DNA of 63,663 nucleotides, filler included, from Olpidium bornovanus S191 (lineage: Eukaryota > Fungi > Olpidiomycota), in the NCBI GenBank assembly GCA_017911155.1. It is 29 parts of 29 records of this genome, joined end to end, with 100 filler letters (N's around TTAATTAATTAA, not from the genome) between each part and the next. Parts side by side here need not be neighbours in the genome. Positions count along the whole stretch, not along the records: positions 36,182 to 37,330 come from JAEFCI010012362.1; positions 37,431 to 39,529 come from JAEFCI010011455.1; positions 39,630 to 42,074 come from JAEFCI010003508.1; positions 42,175 to 43,256 come from JAEFCI010011503.1; positions 43,357 to 45,065 come from JAEFCI010001676.1; positions 45,166 to 48,551 come from JAEFCI010008218.1; positions 48,652 to 52,191 come from JAEFCI010009962.1; 22 more parts are not named here. One strand, given 5' to 3'. The notes beneath the pieces are model-generated. The model did not search any database. It saw only the letters and a list, made by a program, of their open reading frames with translations, and was not told where the DNA came from. The position numbers and the translations under genes were made by a program. Of the stretch, positions 36,182 through 49,756 are shown piece after piece. Within the stretch, counting starts at the first letter, position 1. Every line of letters begins with the position of its first letter.

Positions 36182-36989
36182 CATGACCCTCAGGCAGTTA
36201 AGACCGGCGATCTCCGCGGCGTCGATGACGGACGCGCGCTGGTTGTCCGTAAACCATGGCGGGATGGAGATGACGACATCGGGCCTGCTGTTGAGACTTT
36301 GTTTGGTCTCCGCGAGGATAGTCTCCTTGAGCTTGCTGAAGTACATGGCCACGAGCTGGGTAGCCGAGAAAACCCTCTCCTCGCCGAGGTAATTGACTCT
36401 GACGCCAACGGCGCCGTCAACCTCGACCAGGTCCGCGTTGACGTGGGCAGCCTCGGTCTTGGCGATGTCCGGGTCATTGAAAGAGCGGCCCACCAGCCGC
36501 TTCAGCGAGCCGACGGTGTTCTTGAAGTTGGATATCTCCTGGGTCTTGGCGGGCTCCCCGCGGAAACGCTGCCGCGGGCCGAAAGAAACCAACGAGCTGT
36601 TCCCCGCCGCCCCACGTGTCCCGGGTGGGAGCCGGCGTTTCTTCAGCCGTCGCTCAATCGGGAAACACGGGGAACGCGCCGGGAGAAACGGGACACACGG
36701 CAACCGGAAAGGGGGGGGGGAGGGGGGTGGAGGGGTGTCGCTTACGGCGTGGCTCTGTTGGACACCTCGTTGCAGATGACATCGATGCCGCGGTTCCGAG
36801 CTACCGCGATTATGGACTGCAAATTTCCAAAATCGATCCCTGTTACGCGGCCCCGGTTCGGGCGAAGACGTGGCGGGGTGAGTGGAGGGTCTTCAACACG
36901 GAACGGGTACCAGACTTCTGGGGCCGCACTCTCACTTCCCGGGGCAGGGGGGGGGAGGGGGGGAAGGGGCGCTCACCGACGACGGACAT
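36182..36989 (-). CDS. SSE1: Hsp110/Sse1 (Hsp70-family nucleotide exchange factor), N-terminal part; 3' partial
   Basis: MSVVG | [31 protein letters not shown] | [64 protein letters not shown]. Confidence 0.96.
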
Positions 36990-37073
36990 CGCTGAGGACG
37001 GGAGGGGGCGGCGCGAGCCGGAGCGCGCGCGGTGGCTGCTGCTGCGGCGTCGTTCCGCACCCGAAGCCCTTTC

Positions 37074-37074
37074 T

Positions 37075-37134
<60 letters not shown>

Positions 37135-37152
37135 TTTGTTGTTGTTGTTGTT
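37074..37152. repeat. (TTTC)n tetranucleotide repeat plus short (GTT)n, just upstream of SSE1
   Basis: Read directly; about 85-165 bp upstream of the SSE1 ATG. Confidence 0.93.
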
Positions 37153-37216
37153 TCCTCCGCCGCCGGACACGGAGGACGCAGCGTCGTCTATAAGCCTCTA
37201 GGGGGAATGGGCCGGG

Positions 37217-37316
<100 letters not shown>

Positions 37317-39019
37317 CTGCCCCCCCCCCCNNNNNNNNNNNNNNNNNNNNNNNNNNNNNNNNNNNNNNNNNNNNTTAATTAATTAANNNNNNNNNNNNNN
37401 NNNNNNNNNNNNNNNNNNNNNNNNNNNNNNAGGAAAGGCTAGAAACCCCGTGAATTCTCACCTTACAAAGATGTCCTGGCAAAAATAAACACTTCAGCAA
37501 GGTTGGAGCGAGAAACATTAGAGGAGCCCTCCACAACACATATACCCATGACCTGGCCAAAACATAAAAAAAAGAACCCCCACCAATAACGGCCAAACCA
37601 CGAAAATGGCACCAAAGGAGTGCAAACGGGTGAAGGCAAAACAAGCTGCGGTACACTCAATGCGCTCCGCTGGCGACGCCGCCGCGCAGTTTAGTAAAGC
37701 AACGTATTTACAATTCCTTCAAGCAAGAAAAAAAAGTAGAATCGCTGGTGGCCAGAAAAGGCGAGCTCAGCAGAGCCGCCAGTGCGCAGCTTGGAGGAAC
37801 GGTGAGAAGTAACCGCCGACCGCGAACGAAATAGGCTTCGGACAACTTGAAAAAATTCACGTCCGCACTTGGGCATCACCGGGTGCAAAAAAACGAATCA
37901 GGGGTCCGCGCGCAAAGCGGACGAGAAGTCCGCCTAGCGTTACCAGGGGAATTCTTTAGCTCGGTGGTGGGGGGTCGGGGGTAGGGGTGGACCAGAAAGA
38001 GGACGGCGAAGGCTCGGCTGAGCCCAGCCTTCCGCTATCAGACTTTGTTCACTCAGGCAGGCAAGGGCGGCGGGCGTCCTCAGGCGGGCGGCATGCTGGT
38101 GGGCGGCGGCGGCACGCTGCGATTCGTTGCTGCGGCCACCGGGGGCGTTTCTTGGGAGTCCGAAACAGCCGAGTCCGTGTTGTTGTTGTTGTTGTCGTTG
38201 TTGTTGTTGTTTTGCCGAGCGGTTTTTTTTAAAGGGGCTAGTGGATCACGTGACTGCTGGCGTATCCCCCGCCCTTTTTCCTCCGGCTCAGCAACCTCCC
38301 CGTCCCTCACAGGCGCCGTACTCGCTCTTCGCTCCACTCAATGCAAAAGGAAATCACAACACCCTCACGCCCTCCCCTCTCCCGCGCACACGTGCGCTTC
38401 GATCACAACACGCGTTTGAACGTCCATAACGCTTTTGTGCCGATTTTCAAACAAAGTGGAGCTACCCCGCCGTCGTAGACAGCGACAGCTCCATATTTCA
38501 CGATTGTCACGCAGAGTGGACGGGGGGGAATGGTGAACGAGGGTGGTGCAGAACAGATAGCAGCTGGACTGGGAGATGGAGTGTAATACCGAAAAAAAGC
38601 AAGAGCGGCTTACTTTCGTGAAAAAGCGCCGCCGCGCGGGGGTCCTACGTCGTCAGCCGTCCGTTTTGCTACCCGCACGGTCCACCGAGTGGTGACCTAG
38701 CCCCCGTGGATGTCTCGCTCGCAACGTCTTGACGTGCCGGCGGCCTCCGCATCTGCCTCCTTCCAACCCAGCTCAGCCCGCCGGCTGGTCCTTGTTGCAA
38801 TCGGCGAAGTCATCTCCCCATTCAGGGGGGTTAGTTCAAGCCCCCGGTGTGCGGCTGTGTCTGCCGCGAAGATACCTTTTCGTCAAAAAAATGTGCAAAT
38901 ACGTGGTTTGTCGCAGACGTGCCGAGCCCTACGAATACAACTCTGCAGTATTCCCGGGCGTGATGTATAGAGACGAAATGGAAAATGGAAGAAGTGCGCC
39001 GGCTATGATCTCGTATTTG

Positions 39020-39529
39020 CTATATTATGGTACACTTGCACTTCGGTTCCACCTCTCTTTTCGGCGGCGGGTTCTCGGTTTCCTTTGCCTTCCCCTGTGC
39101 GGCTTCGCTGGTCGCCAGCGGGGCGGCATCTGCAACAACCTGCGGGTCATTAACCGGGATTGATGGAGCTGCCGGTGTTTCGGTTGTGGCATCCTTCAGG
39201 TGGGCAATTTCAGGCATGTTATTGGTGACATCCGTTCCGGCAGTGGTAAGATTAACCCTTTCGTTCTCTACAGCAACTTCACTGATCGCCAATGGGGCAG
39301 CATGTGCGTCCAGGTCTCCTCGTAAAATTGATGCCACAGCAGATAAGTTGGTGGTGGCATCTGTCGGCCGCTTGTGAGCTGGGCTTAGCGGCGCAACTGA
39401 CGTGGTCACTATGGCATCCTTCAGCTGGGTGATATCGGCTATGTCGCCAGCAGGATTTTCCTCCCCGGGGGCGAGATCAACCTTCCCGTCCTTTACAGCA
39501 ACCTCGTTGGTCACAGCGGACCCGTCATG
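39020..39529 (-). CDS. Unknown acidic Ala/Thr/Pro-rich protein with an internal repeat and a C-terminal CaaX box (..PKCKCTII*); 5' partial
   Basis: The frame is open from the contig edge to TAG at 39020-39022, ends in KCKCTII and contains duplicated segments (see findings). Confidence 0.7.
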   Translation of the reverse strand, partial: HDGSAVTNEVAVKDGKVDLAPGEENPAGDIADITQLKDAIVTTSVAPLSPAHKRPTDATTNLSAVASILRGDLDAHAAPLAISEVAVENERVNLTTAGTDVTNNMPEIAHLKDATTETPAAPSIPVNDPQVVADAAPLATSEAAQGKAKETENPPPKREVEPKCKCTII

Positions 39530-40031
39530 NNNNNNNNNNNNNNNNNNNNNNNNNNNNNNNNNNNNNNNNNNNNTTAATTAATTAANNNNNNNNNNNNNNN
39601 NNNNNNNNNNNNNNNNNNNNNNNNNNNNNCATGGCAGCCGGTTTCAGTTAGCAGGAAGTTATCTGCTTTTTAAGTGAAACTCGTAATTCTTCAAGATAAA
39701 TAACGCAGATGAATAGTGGGGGGTGGGGCACGACAAAGCACCACTGTAGGGCGCGCCGTCGAGGGCGCAACATCGGTTACCGCCGTGACATTGCGGCCAC
39801 GAGCCCTTCGCCGGAGGTGCGGCATCTAGAGGAAGGCTCGTCCGCAACGGATTGAAATTCCCGGTTGCTGCAGAAAACAGCCAGGAAAGCTCTCGGTTCG
39901 CGTAGGGCGCGCGACGTGTCCGCTTCTTTTAAGGCTATGCTGTCACGCTTTGTTTTGAAACAGCAAGTGCACGATTTCAACCGAAACAAAATAAAGTGCG
40001 AGTCACGACACTGGAGCAAACATTTCGACAC

Positions 40032-40768
40032 TCAAAAGGGTTTCGCGAAAAGAGCGAGAACAAAAAAAAACGCACTATCGAGGAAGTCTGCGGCCATTAG
40101 CAACTCCAGGGCCAGCTCGGGCTCCACGTGGAACTCGGGTATCTCCGTCGACGAATCCGCGGCGGCGCTGTCGTACCGGACTTTGTAATACAGGTACTGG
40201 CACACCTTTTCCAAAATAATGGCCCTGGAAGCGCGGGGGAAGAGATGGGAGTGTGGGGGGGGGTTATTTCCACAACGGTCACAAGTCTCAGACTGTTTTT
40301 CGTGGTGCTCGGCCTCCGAAGCGGGCCGAAAATAAATGCAGCCTTTGCCGAAGGTCTGTTGGGCGAACCCACTTGATGTCTCTGAAGTTGATCTCGTTCT
40401 GGACGGATTCCGTGAATTGTCCTGTGCGGGAAGCAGGCGTTAATTTAGTGACGAGCGGCACGGGCAAGTGTCAGCACCCCGGCCGTGGCCCCGGTCCCTC
40501 TCGCTCTCGGCCACCCCAATCCTTCTTTTTCAGCTTTCCCCACTTTTTTTTCGAAGCCCGCGGGCGAAGACCCCCACACAAAAGGCACCGGCGAGAGGGC
40601 CGGGCAGAGAGGGTTGGTGAAGAAGGAACCAGACGCACCTGGGCTCGAGAGCATGTTCTTCATGGTGCCGGAGGCCATTGCGCACTTCCTGTCGATGATG
40701 AACTCGAGGCCGTCGGCACTGATCAGCTTGACGGTGTCTGACAGCTTGAACTCCTCGCACGAGTCCAT
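40032..40768 (-). CDS. ELC1: Elongin C; last codons uncertain because of a possible terminal intron
   Basis: [34 protein letters not shown] | [16 protein letters not shown] | [40 protein letters not shown]. Confidence 0.96.
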
Positions 40769-43356
40769 ATCTTTCTTTCTCTTTTATATTTCCCTTTTCC
40801 TTTGTTCCTTTAGCTCGCGTCGGGAGTGTATCAGGGGCGGGTAAGGGCGGCGTTCAGAGGAGAGGAGAGGGGTGGGGAGAGGGGGAGGGGAAGCGGTTTC
40901 GGACAAAAAAATTGGTGGACTTTTGTGTACCACCTGTGGTTGGTGACGTGATGAATGGCGGTGAGTGAGTGGGGGGAGCCTGTAAGTGGGACGCTATTAT
41001 TTTCGGGTGTGTCCTTGTGATGTGTCCCACGACCAGCGGGGGGAAGGGGCGGGGGGGGGGCCGACTGCGGCAGAGCGCGGTACAAGTACGCGCGAGTCCC
41101 TCTCACCGAATCTGTGGTCTGCGAGGGAGGGTAAAGGGCCGGGCGCGGCGGGGGGGCGGGGAGGTTTGGTTCAGTTCGCCCACCGTGTATGTACTCTGGG
41201 AGAAAGATGCTCCGCAGGGCGCGGGGTGGAATCACGACGGGTAGAAAGTACGCTTGGCTAGCTCGGTATTTGTCCGGGCCTAGAGCGCCTTGCGGTCGCT
41301 TCGAGGGGAGGCGGGCGTCCGCTGGCTCGGCAGCGCACTTTTTCGGGTTCGCTATGCTGACGGAAGGAGTTTGCGGCGTGGGCGGGGTTGCGGCATTTTC
41401 CCCCCCCCCCTTTTTTCGAGGGGCGCGACGTGCGGTTCCGGAGGGGCACAAGACAGAACAGGGACGCCGCAGGGAGGAAAGCCAGTTTGCTCCACGCAAG
41501 TGAGGCCCCCCCCCCCCCACTTGCACCATCGGGCCCACAGACCAAAACCAACCAGACGCCACGGGTCCAAAAAGAAGAAAACCCAGAGAACCCTCTTTCC
41601 GTCCGCACCACGCAGGTAAAGTATACGCACGTCAATCTACCGACCAACTCGTCAGTCAAGTCGTGATGTTAAATGTGACAAAGATTGCGCAAAAGCCGAT
41701 CCACAAGCCCTGTGTGCTGCACACAAATCTTAATGCGCAATTCCCATTTGGTTCCCTCCGCCCGTGCACAACTGGCTTCTGTTGACCGCTTATGCCGTAA
41801 AAAAAAAAAAAATTATCAACGCACAAAGCCAAACTTACCACTGTATGGCCCGGGTGTTGCACACATCGCTCCAACCAGGCTGGATGCGACAGATTCTCGC
41901 TTTAGCCGACCCTACCGGCCTCTATCTGATTGGACCGCGTGGAGTGCGAAGCGCATGCTCCAACCCAGACACGTGCAGGAAATCTCGTAAAATTCTCTGA
42001 ATGATCCGCGCATTTTTGGGGCGAACGAGCCGCTTCCCGCCGAAGTACCTCGCACAAACTGTCAAACAGCGGCGNNNNNNNNNNNNNNNNNNNNNNNNNN
42101 NNNNNNNNNNNNNNNNNNTTAATTAATTAANNNNNNNNNNNNNNNNNNNNNNNNNNNNNNNNNNNNNNNNNNNNGAAGTTTACCAGGTGCAGATTTAGGC
42201 TGAAATGGGAAAAAAGGGATGTGGATGTGAAGGGGAAGGCTGCAACCCTTTCATTTTTTTTTGTTTCTTTTTTGTTTGACTGCCGGTAGGCATGCAGGTA
42301 CATTAGTTGAGGTTGAGGTTTACGTTAGCGTGTGACCGCCGGCCCTTCCTTTTTGTCTGTCATGCCTGAACACCACGTGGCCGCAGTTCATGTGCGAACC
42401 AAGAGTGGAAGAAGAAGCGACACAGCGGGTGCGGCGGGCGACGGGCTTCCAACAACTGCCAGCGTGCGGAGAGATGTTGAGCCGCACGTTCATAGACACG
42501 GGCGACTTTAATCATCCCGTAGCCCAAAAGAAACGAGAATATAACGGTCGCACTTCTCGCGTTGCTTTCGTGTCCTCCTCCTGGTTCAAGTCGTTGGACG
42601 GCGGCGTAAAGAGGCAAGGGGGGAAGCACGGCCGCGCGGACACGGCTACGCAACGCACTTGTCATGGGCACTCACAGGACAAATACATTCGAAAACGAGA
42701 ACAAAGAATGTGAAACAAGTGCCGGAGGAAAGGCAGCGGGCGTTGACGATGCAAGCGCCAAAGTGCTCTTAGTCGCCGGTCGTTCCCCGGAGGAGAACCC
42801 CACCCACGCTTCGGCCCGTTTTGTCCGGCAGTGCGTTATACAGAATTGGCGGGTGAGACGTAAACGTAACAGCTGCTCGCTCCCGGCAAGCCGGGGCGGA
42901 AAAAAGGTGTTCCGCGTTGCAGTTCGCACGGCTTTCCGGCGGTGGCTGGGTTACCAGCACCGTACGGTCAGCGTGCGATGTTTCGTCTTCGCCTCGGAGG
43001 TGGGGGGATGCGGGGGCGGGACGTAAACCGGGGTCGCAATAAGCCTGTGCGAACAGTTGCCGATATGTTTCACGGGAAAACCGGGTGGTCCATGAGGGCA
43101 GGGCAGGGGCCGGGGGACAGACCCTGCGGCAGGGCCATCGTGTGGCCTGTGTTGTCAGCGGCACATTACATCGTAGACGTCGGCGGGGTCGACGTCGCGC
43201 TCGGCAACCGGCAGAGCTGCCCATAGCAGCGCCTTGCCGCCTGTGCCGGCGCATGCNNNNNNNNNNNNNNNNNNNNNNNNNNNNNNNNNNNNNNNNNNNN
43301 TTAATTAATTAANNNNNNNNNNNNNNNNNNNNNNNNNNNNNNNNNNNNNNNNNNNN

Positions 43357-43928
43357 CATGAATTCGATATCAATGGGTTTCAGGGAATGCCCCGTTGGCG
43401 AGATAAAGTAAATACAGGCGTGGACACGGTTGTCGACGATTTTTGCACGATTGACCCGGTTCTCCTGCTCGAGATAAGCGTCGAAACGGGACTCGATGTT
43501 CTCCAGGATGGGCTTCCAAGACCCCTCATTATTCACAAAGTCACCGAAGCCTGGAGTATCGATCACCGTCAATCGCAGCTTCACATTGCCCTCTACGATC
43601 TCCGCCGTAATCGCCTGAATGGCCACTGTCTTTGGCGTCTCCGCAGACGGCGGAACGTCCACTTTTGCAGGGTAGAGCTGGGTGTGAAAGAGGCAGTTCA
43701 CAAGAGTTGACTTTCCCAACCCCGATTCACCTAAAAAACTCACCCCAGATACATCAATAAGAACAACCTTGACGCGGGTAAACAACAAAACGCTTTCCGC
43801 TCCTTCGCCGCGCGCCCTCACCAACGACTATGACCGTGAAGTGAAATCCAGTCTTCACAGACTTCCAGTGAGCTTGATTTGGCAAGTTGGCAAACCCTAC
43901 ATATCCTTGCAAACTTTTAACCGGCGCC
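43357..43928 (-). CDS. CDC3: Septin, Cdc3/AspB-like; partial
   Basis: [27 protein letters not shown] | [55 protein letters not shown], containing the G1 and G3 motifs. The subfamily call rests on GFGDFVNN and the NRVNR..IVDNR context. Confidence 0.9.
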
Positions 43929-44432
43929 TACCCCGCACAGAGGACGGTAGCAGCCTGCTGTCTAAGGTTATTTGAGGTGGCGCGAACCCGCAAGAAAGCA
44001 AGCGCGACTGAGGGACAAATGAGTCGGTTGCTTGGGGATGGTGCAAACCTTCGATTTGTGATCTGTTGGCGGAAAGCAGGAGCGAGCGGTGTCAGACTGT
44101 CAGACGGCCAGAACACTATGCCCGCGCGTCTAGCCAAACAGAAGATAGGGGGGAAGGGGGGGAAGCAACAAACGAGATTGGGATTTGTGGCCACTTCTGG
44201 TTCGTTTCCGGCCGGACTGTTCTCATTTCAAAACAAATGACTCGCCTGTCGCCCCTGCCATCATGTTGCTTGGGTCAGCACTCGAAGTCCGTCCGCGTTT
44301 TCTCAGGATCTTGCGAACGGTTTGCGATTACCAGCGGCCTTGCGATCCGCGATCTGGAGCAGCCCGCGACTTGCTGGACAACCCCCCAGGCTTTTTGGTG
44401 ACCCGATAGTGGGCGTGTCCTCGGCGAGGAAG

Positions 44433-44535
44433 GGAGAGAGAGAAAGAGAGAGAGAGAGAAGAGAGAGAGGGAGAGAGAGAGAAAGAGGGAGAGAGAGGGA
44501 GAAGAGAGAGAGGGAGAGAGAGGGAGAGAGACAGA
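44433..44535. repeat. Imperfect (GA)n purine tract upstream of the septin
   Basis: Read directly. Confidence 0.9.
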
Positions 44536-45165
44536 GGGGCAGCGCGAAGGAGAACGTGGGCGAGAGGCTTGCCGGGTTAGGGCCCGTGCAGCGCGGGTTC
44601 GCAGGCGCGGGCGGTCTTTCCGCCGAGGCTTTTCGCCGGGTTTCTCGCGGCAACTGCGCGTCGGTCTCTTGTGAGTGCAGCGCGCGCGGCCGGAGGCGGA
44701 GGCGGCGGCGGGGACGTGGGGGGGGCGGAGGGGGAACGTGCGGGGGGAAGTTTCCTCTGCGTTCGTTTTCTCGCCCCGAAAACTTCAACGCGGCGCATAA
44801 ATTATAAAACCTTTGTCGCATGCCGAAAGACAGAACCCTACCAGGGCACACAGACGCGCCCTTCACGCCCTTCCGACCATGTGACACCCCGGAATTCCGC
44901 GCTGGTAACTAGTTAGCAAATCTGTAAGTGTACTCCCTGCAGAGTAGCAGTATTTGCATCACATTACACTGCTTATCAAAGCATCGATTTATGCATAATT
45001 TATTTCAGCATCATCGGTGTTACTGCTACTCATAATGTGAATGTATGGCCGTCTTTTTTGTCATGNNNNNNNNNNNNNNNNNNNNNNNNNNNNNNNNNNN
45101 NNNNNNNNNTTAATTAATTAANNNNNNNNNNNNNNNNNNNNNNNNNNNNNNNNNNNNNNNNNNNN

Positions 45166-48100
45166 ATATATTTCCAGTACGGAAAAGTTGCGCTAATGCA
45201 GTTTTTGACCGAGGTACATAAATGCGAATGATTTATCGTCAAGCGGCGGAAGGCAAAGAAAAAAGCTGTTTCCTGAGAAATCATGGTCCAAAAAAAATAC
45301 AAACTTACTAGCTGGCGAACGAGGCGGAAAAAAATCCTGGCAGCCCCGTGGCGGTTGCTCAGGTGCGCAAGGCGTTCGACGTGACGAACTCCAGCGGTCG
45401 GGCTCCGAAGCCCGGTGGCGTCGCCAGTGCTTTTGACAAGGTGACTTCGCCCGGCGAGAACAACGATTTTCTGGTCACCAAAGCCCGCGCCTTCATGAGT
45501 CGCTTGGGCATTTCCAGAAAGAGCAAGGGAGCCTTGTTTGTCAACGGGAAGTACTTCGAATATGACGAGGTAACCAAGCAAAACTGTTGGCAGTTCCTCC
45601 TCTCTTTTTTCTTTATTTTTCTATTCTTTCTTTTTGTTTTTTGGAATGCCAACGCCGTCGCTGACGAAGGGAACAATCCTCTTTTCTTCGTTTACGGTCT
45701 CAGTCCTACCAGAGGAATATGCTACAATCCATCAGCACTCAAGTGGGATATCTCCAATATCAGGTGAGCGTGCGCTGTGGCACAGCAGGAGAGTGAGCTG
45801 CAACAGACCCGATTCCCTCGTTTTGCTTAACTATCTGCGCTGATTAATCTGGTGCGCTTTCTGCTTTCATCTTCACGTGCGCGGCAGCTGCACACCGGCG
45901 AAATTAACGACGAGACGAACATTTACAATTACCTGTTGACTAGAGAGCAGGTCAACCCCAGACGTAACGGGTGGGTATTTGAATCCGACGATCGGCCTTT
46001 ATCGTTCTGCAATGCTGTGAAGAGCGAGGACCTCGCGGAACCAATACCATATATTTCGGCCGGTGCGTTTTTGACGTCGGGGAAGCATGCGCGAATTCGC
46101 CCGCCTGTTATTCTTGGCCGAAGAAATTAAAATCGTCCATGACCGTTTTTTTTTGGAATGGCCTGGGGGAACCTCCGGCAGCTGACTCTCTAAACGCGCC
46201 GCTGTCGCTGTGGATATCTGGTGACATGTCGCAGCCAGAAACCCTGCGGTTGATGATATCCGCAGTTCAATACGCGGTAAGAAGGATACACGCGCAATTG
46301 CGCGGACTCTCTGACGGCCCGAGGAAGCTCCCGAAGCCCGTTTTGGTCGCATGCTGTCGCCCGCGTCCCGGCCTTCTCTGACATCGTGCAGAAAAATTCG
46401 TCCGTTGCGCGCCTGGCCATCGCTCACTATGCCGTGCGGAGCGACTCCGGCAGACGGCTCGCCGTCGCGGCAACGCGAATCGTGCTCGCAAAGGGCGGCC
46501 TGGTGTCGGAGAAATTCGATCGACTGGAGAAGCTTTTGGGGGGGGCGGCGGGGGCGGACGGGGGTGCGGCTGGCGGACTCGAGTCCGCCGAACACTTGGC
46601 GCTGGCGGACGAACGCGAGGCCGCCGGCGCTCAGGACTCTTTAGCGTTCCTCCTCTCCAAAGCCGGCGTTCCATTAAACGGCCCGTACGTCACCGTAAAC
46701 GGGAGGGTATGTGTTGTCCGGGAAACCGCTCGGCCGCCGTGGCTCTGCACCCGGCACTATCTGGGTCTCTGACGCCCGCGCCGCCAATTCGCCAGCTGCT
46801 GGGACCTTTTTCGGACCCGATCGAGGACTTCGGCGCGGAAGACTTTGCGCTGTTGGAAACCCACGAGCGCGCCCAGCGGATCTCACCCCTTCAAAAGGTG
46901 ATCGAACGATTGGGCCTCCAACCAAAATCCTCCAAGCGGTACGGATTTGCCGGATAGTTCTGGCGTTCCACGCGATGCAGGGACTCACGCTTTTCGCCTT
47001 CTCGCATTTCGTTTCTTCCCAGAGAAATCTCGGAGGCCGAGTTCATCGCGGGACTATGCGGGATCATTGGGTCCGCAAAGCGCAACATTCCCAATGACCT
47101 GTTTGTCCAAAAGGTCTCCTCGCGGTCGAAGCTCTACGAGCTGCACAATAATGACACGTAAAATTTCCGGGCGGGGCTACGGGCCATCGCGACGGGTGTT
47201 TCGGAAAACCGATGCTTTCGTCTCACCAAGTTGGCCGCGCTCGATTTTTCAGCCGTTTCGCGATCGGCCGCAAGGAGGGTGCCGCGTTCCAGATCGGCGT
47301 CATCCTTGACCCGTTGAGCGATGCTGCGCAGAAATGGTCCGCCATACTCGAAGTAGGCCAAAAAATTCGTCGAGAAAGGCCGGCACCGTCGTCCACGTCG
47401 GTTTCCGACAGGGCTGACTGTTCCTTGCCTCCCGCCAGACGCTCAGGCAGTTGGACGACACATACATAGAAATCTACCTCAACCCTGTTTCGGCGAAGCT
47501 TACGGAGATGCCAATCAAGAGGTTCTATCGATACGTGCTGTCACCGGAATTACGGGCCGACAACAAGACAGGGTGCGTCGCCCGTGTATCCAGACTCTTC
47601 CCTCGCGCGCCCCCAGCACGCCAACTAACTGCTGCAAGCGATTGTCCTCAGCCGGCTTTTGCCGCCTCTGGCCGAGTTCCAGAACGTGCCGACGGATCCT
47701 CTCCTCACGCTCGGCACCGACGTCATCGGCCCTTGGGTGGTGTCCGCCGTGGAATCGGGCCACGACTTGGACAACATCCGCCTGAGGTCTGCGGATTCGA
47801 AGCGCGGTGTCGAGGCGGTGATGGAGCTGGAGAACATTCTCGTCGAGGGCCACGCGCGGGACATGACCACCGGCGGCCCGCCGCGCGGCCTCCAGTTCGT
47901 CCTGTCGACCCGCAATCCGCCCGAGTCGCTCAGCGAGCACCATCTCGTCGACACCATCGTGATGGCCAACCTCGGGTATTTTCAGCTCAAAGGCAATCCC
48001 GGGCTCTGGACCCTGGGGCTTCGGGAGGGCAGGTCCGCCGAGCTTTTTAACGTCGAGAGCGTCGGGACCCAAGGGTGGCACAGCGGCGACGTCGGCGAGA

Positions 48101-48551
48101 TCGGCACGTCTGTTGTCGTGAGAAGCTTCGGCGGCGTCGTTATTTTCCCCCGGGTGCGTTCCGAGCGCCGGTTTTCAGATCCCTCGCTTGTTTTTTTTTT
48201 TTATGTGGTTCTGTTCGGAACAGCCCGGCTCATTCTCGGAACACCAAGGCAGGTTCGCCGAAAGCCCGGGAAGGAATCAGAGGATGTTTTGGTAGAGCCC
48301 GACGCCGAACAGGGGGTGTGGAGCAAGATCAAGTCGGCGTGAGTTCGGTTTTGCGTTGTCCCGGGTCGCTATTTTTCTAAAAAAAAAAAATCTCTCTCGA
48401 CCGAATTCCGCGAGCTGCGCGCGCGCCTTACTGTTGTTCTGCGGGAATGCGGCGCGGAAGTTTTTACGGCAGCAACAGGGCCGAGAGCGAAAAGAAAGCG
48501 GTGATCAACGTCTTCTCTGTCGCTTCGGGCCACTTGTACGAGCGCTTCATG
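45166..48551 (+). CDS. UGGT: UDP-glucose:glycoprotein glucosyltransferase (UGGT/Kre5 family), central multi-exon fragment
   Basis: ILDPLSDAAQKWSAIL, IYLNP..LTEMPIKRFYRYVL, HDLDNIRL, ELENILVEGHARD..GGPPRGLQFVL, DTIVMANLGYFQLKGNPGLWTLGLREGRS and INVFSVASGHLYERFM. Confidence 0.97.
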
Positions 48552-49327
48552 NNNNNNNNNNNNNNNNNNNNNNNNNNNNNNNNNNNNNNNNNNNNTTAAT
48601 TAATTAANNNNNNNNNNNNNNNNNNNNNNNNNNNNNNNNNNNNNNNNNNNNCATGCCGACGTGATCATTGCCTGTCTCGCAACCCACGAGCGTCCGTTCT
48701 GCTCCCTGTTCCCCCCCAAAGCCGCGCAATGGGTGAGACGTCGGCGACGCTTGGAGCTGCACCGGCATATTACCACTGTGGAGCGGGACATCCGATTCGG
48801 GCGCGGCTTCCGTGTCTTAGCGAGCGGGATGCATCATCTCCACTTCTTTACCAACTCTTGCACCGTACCAGAGTCGTCAGTACTGTAGGCGGCCTGGACA
48901 GTTGATGCTGAGAATCGTGGCGGTTGCTGCCGGGAGCTCCGCGTGTTTCAAAAGTCGAAACCATTCGAAATATAGTTGTGCTATATAGGTCTCCCGATGA
49001 GAATAAAAACGTGGTCCTCTCCGTTCATCGGGCCCGAAAAAGGTTAACGATGATGAAGGAGGGAGGAGAGGTGGATTTTTCGGCCAGATAGATACAATCC
49101 TCCTGGCGACGCGAAGCGTCCAAATTAGCTCAGAAAAGCTACCTTCCCCCCCCCCCCCCCCTTCCCCGCCTTTTCCTCCCACAACTTTTCCGCAAGCACA
49201 GGAGGCGGGTCCGTATATGCCTCCCCCTCTTCCGGCCTGCGGGACGCAGAAAGTCCGTGAGGGAGGGGAGAGGGAGGGGGGGGGGGGAAAAGGGGGGGGT
49301 GGGAGGGTTGGAGAGTTGGGGTGATAG

Positions 49328-49703
49328 CTACTCTTCCGCAGCCGTCGGATCCGGCGCCGGCCATTTGTCCGCTCCTTCGGTCACGCGGCGCGGTTCGCTC
49401 TCGGGGAGCGTCATTCCCGGCTCCGTTTGCCTTTGCGCCAGCCGCTCCAGCTTGTACCGCTGGTACTCCACCTCCTCCTGTTCCTCCTGTTGCTTGGTCA
49501 AAGCCGCGAAGCGCTTTCCTTGTTCCCGAGTCTTCACCCAGTTCGCTTTGACGGCGTCGTCGTACTTTTGTGTGTGTGTGTGTGTGTGCGCGCGTGAGTT
49601 GCGATACGGCGGTGCGCGGCACGCGGGTTTTTCAGGTCAGAGGCGCGGGTGTGCGGGACGGAGGAAGGCCGCGGACGGGAAAGCGGACCGGAATGCCGGC
49701 GGG

Positions 49704-49756
<53 letters not shown>

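Noticed and set aside
42175-43256. Possible minus-strand exons (GKALLWAALPVAERDVDPADVYD)
   Set aside because: No family match and no consistent downstream frame.
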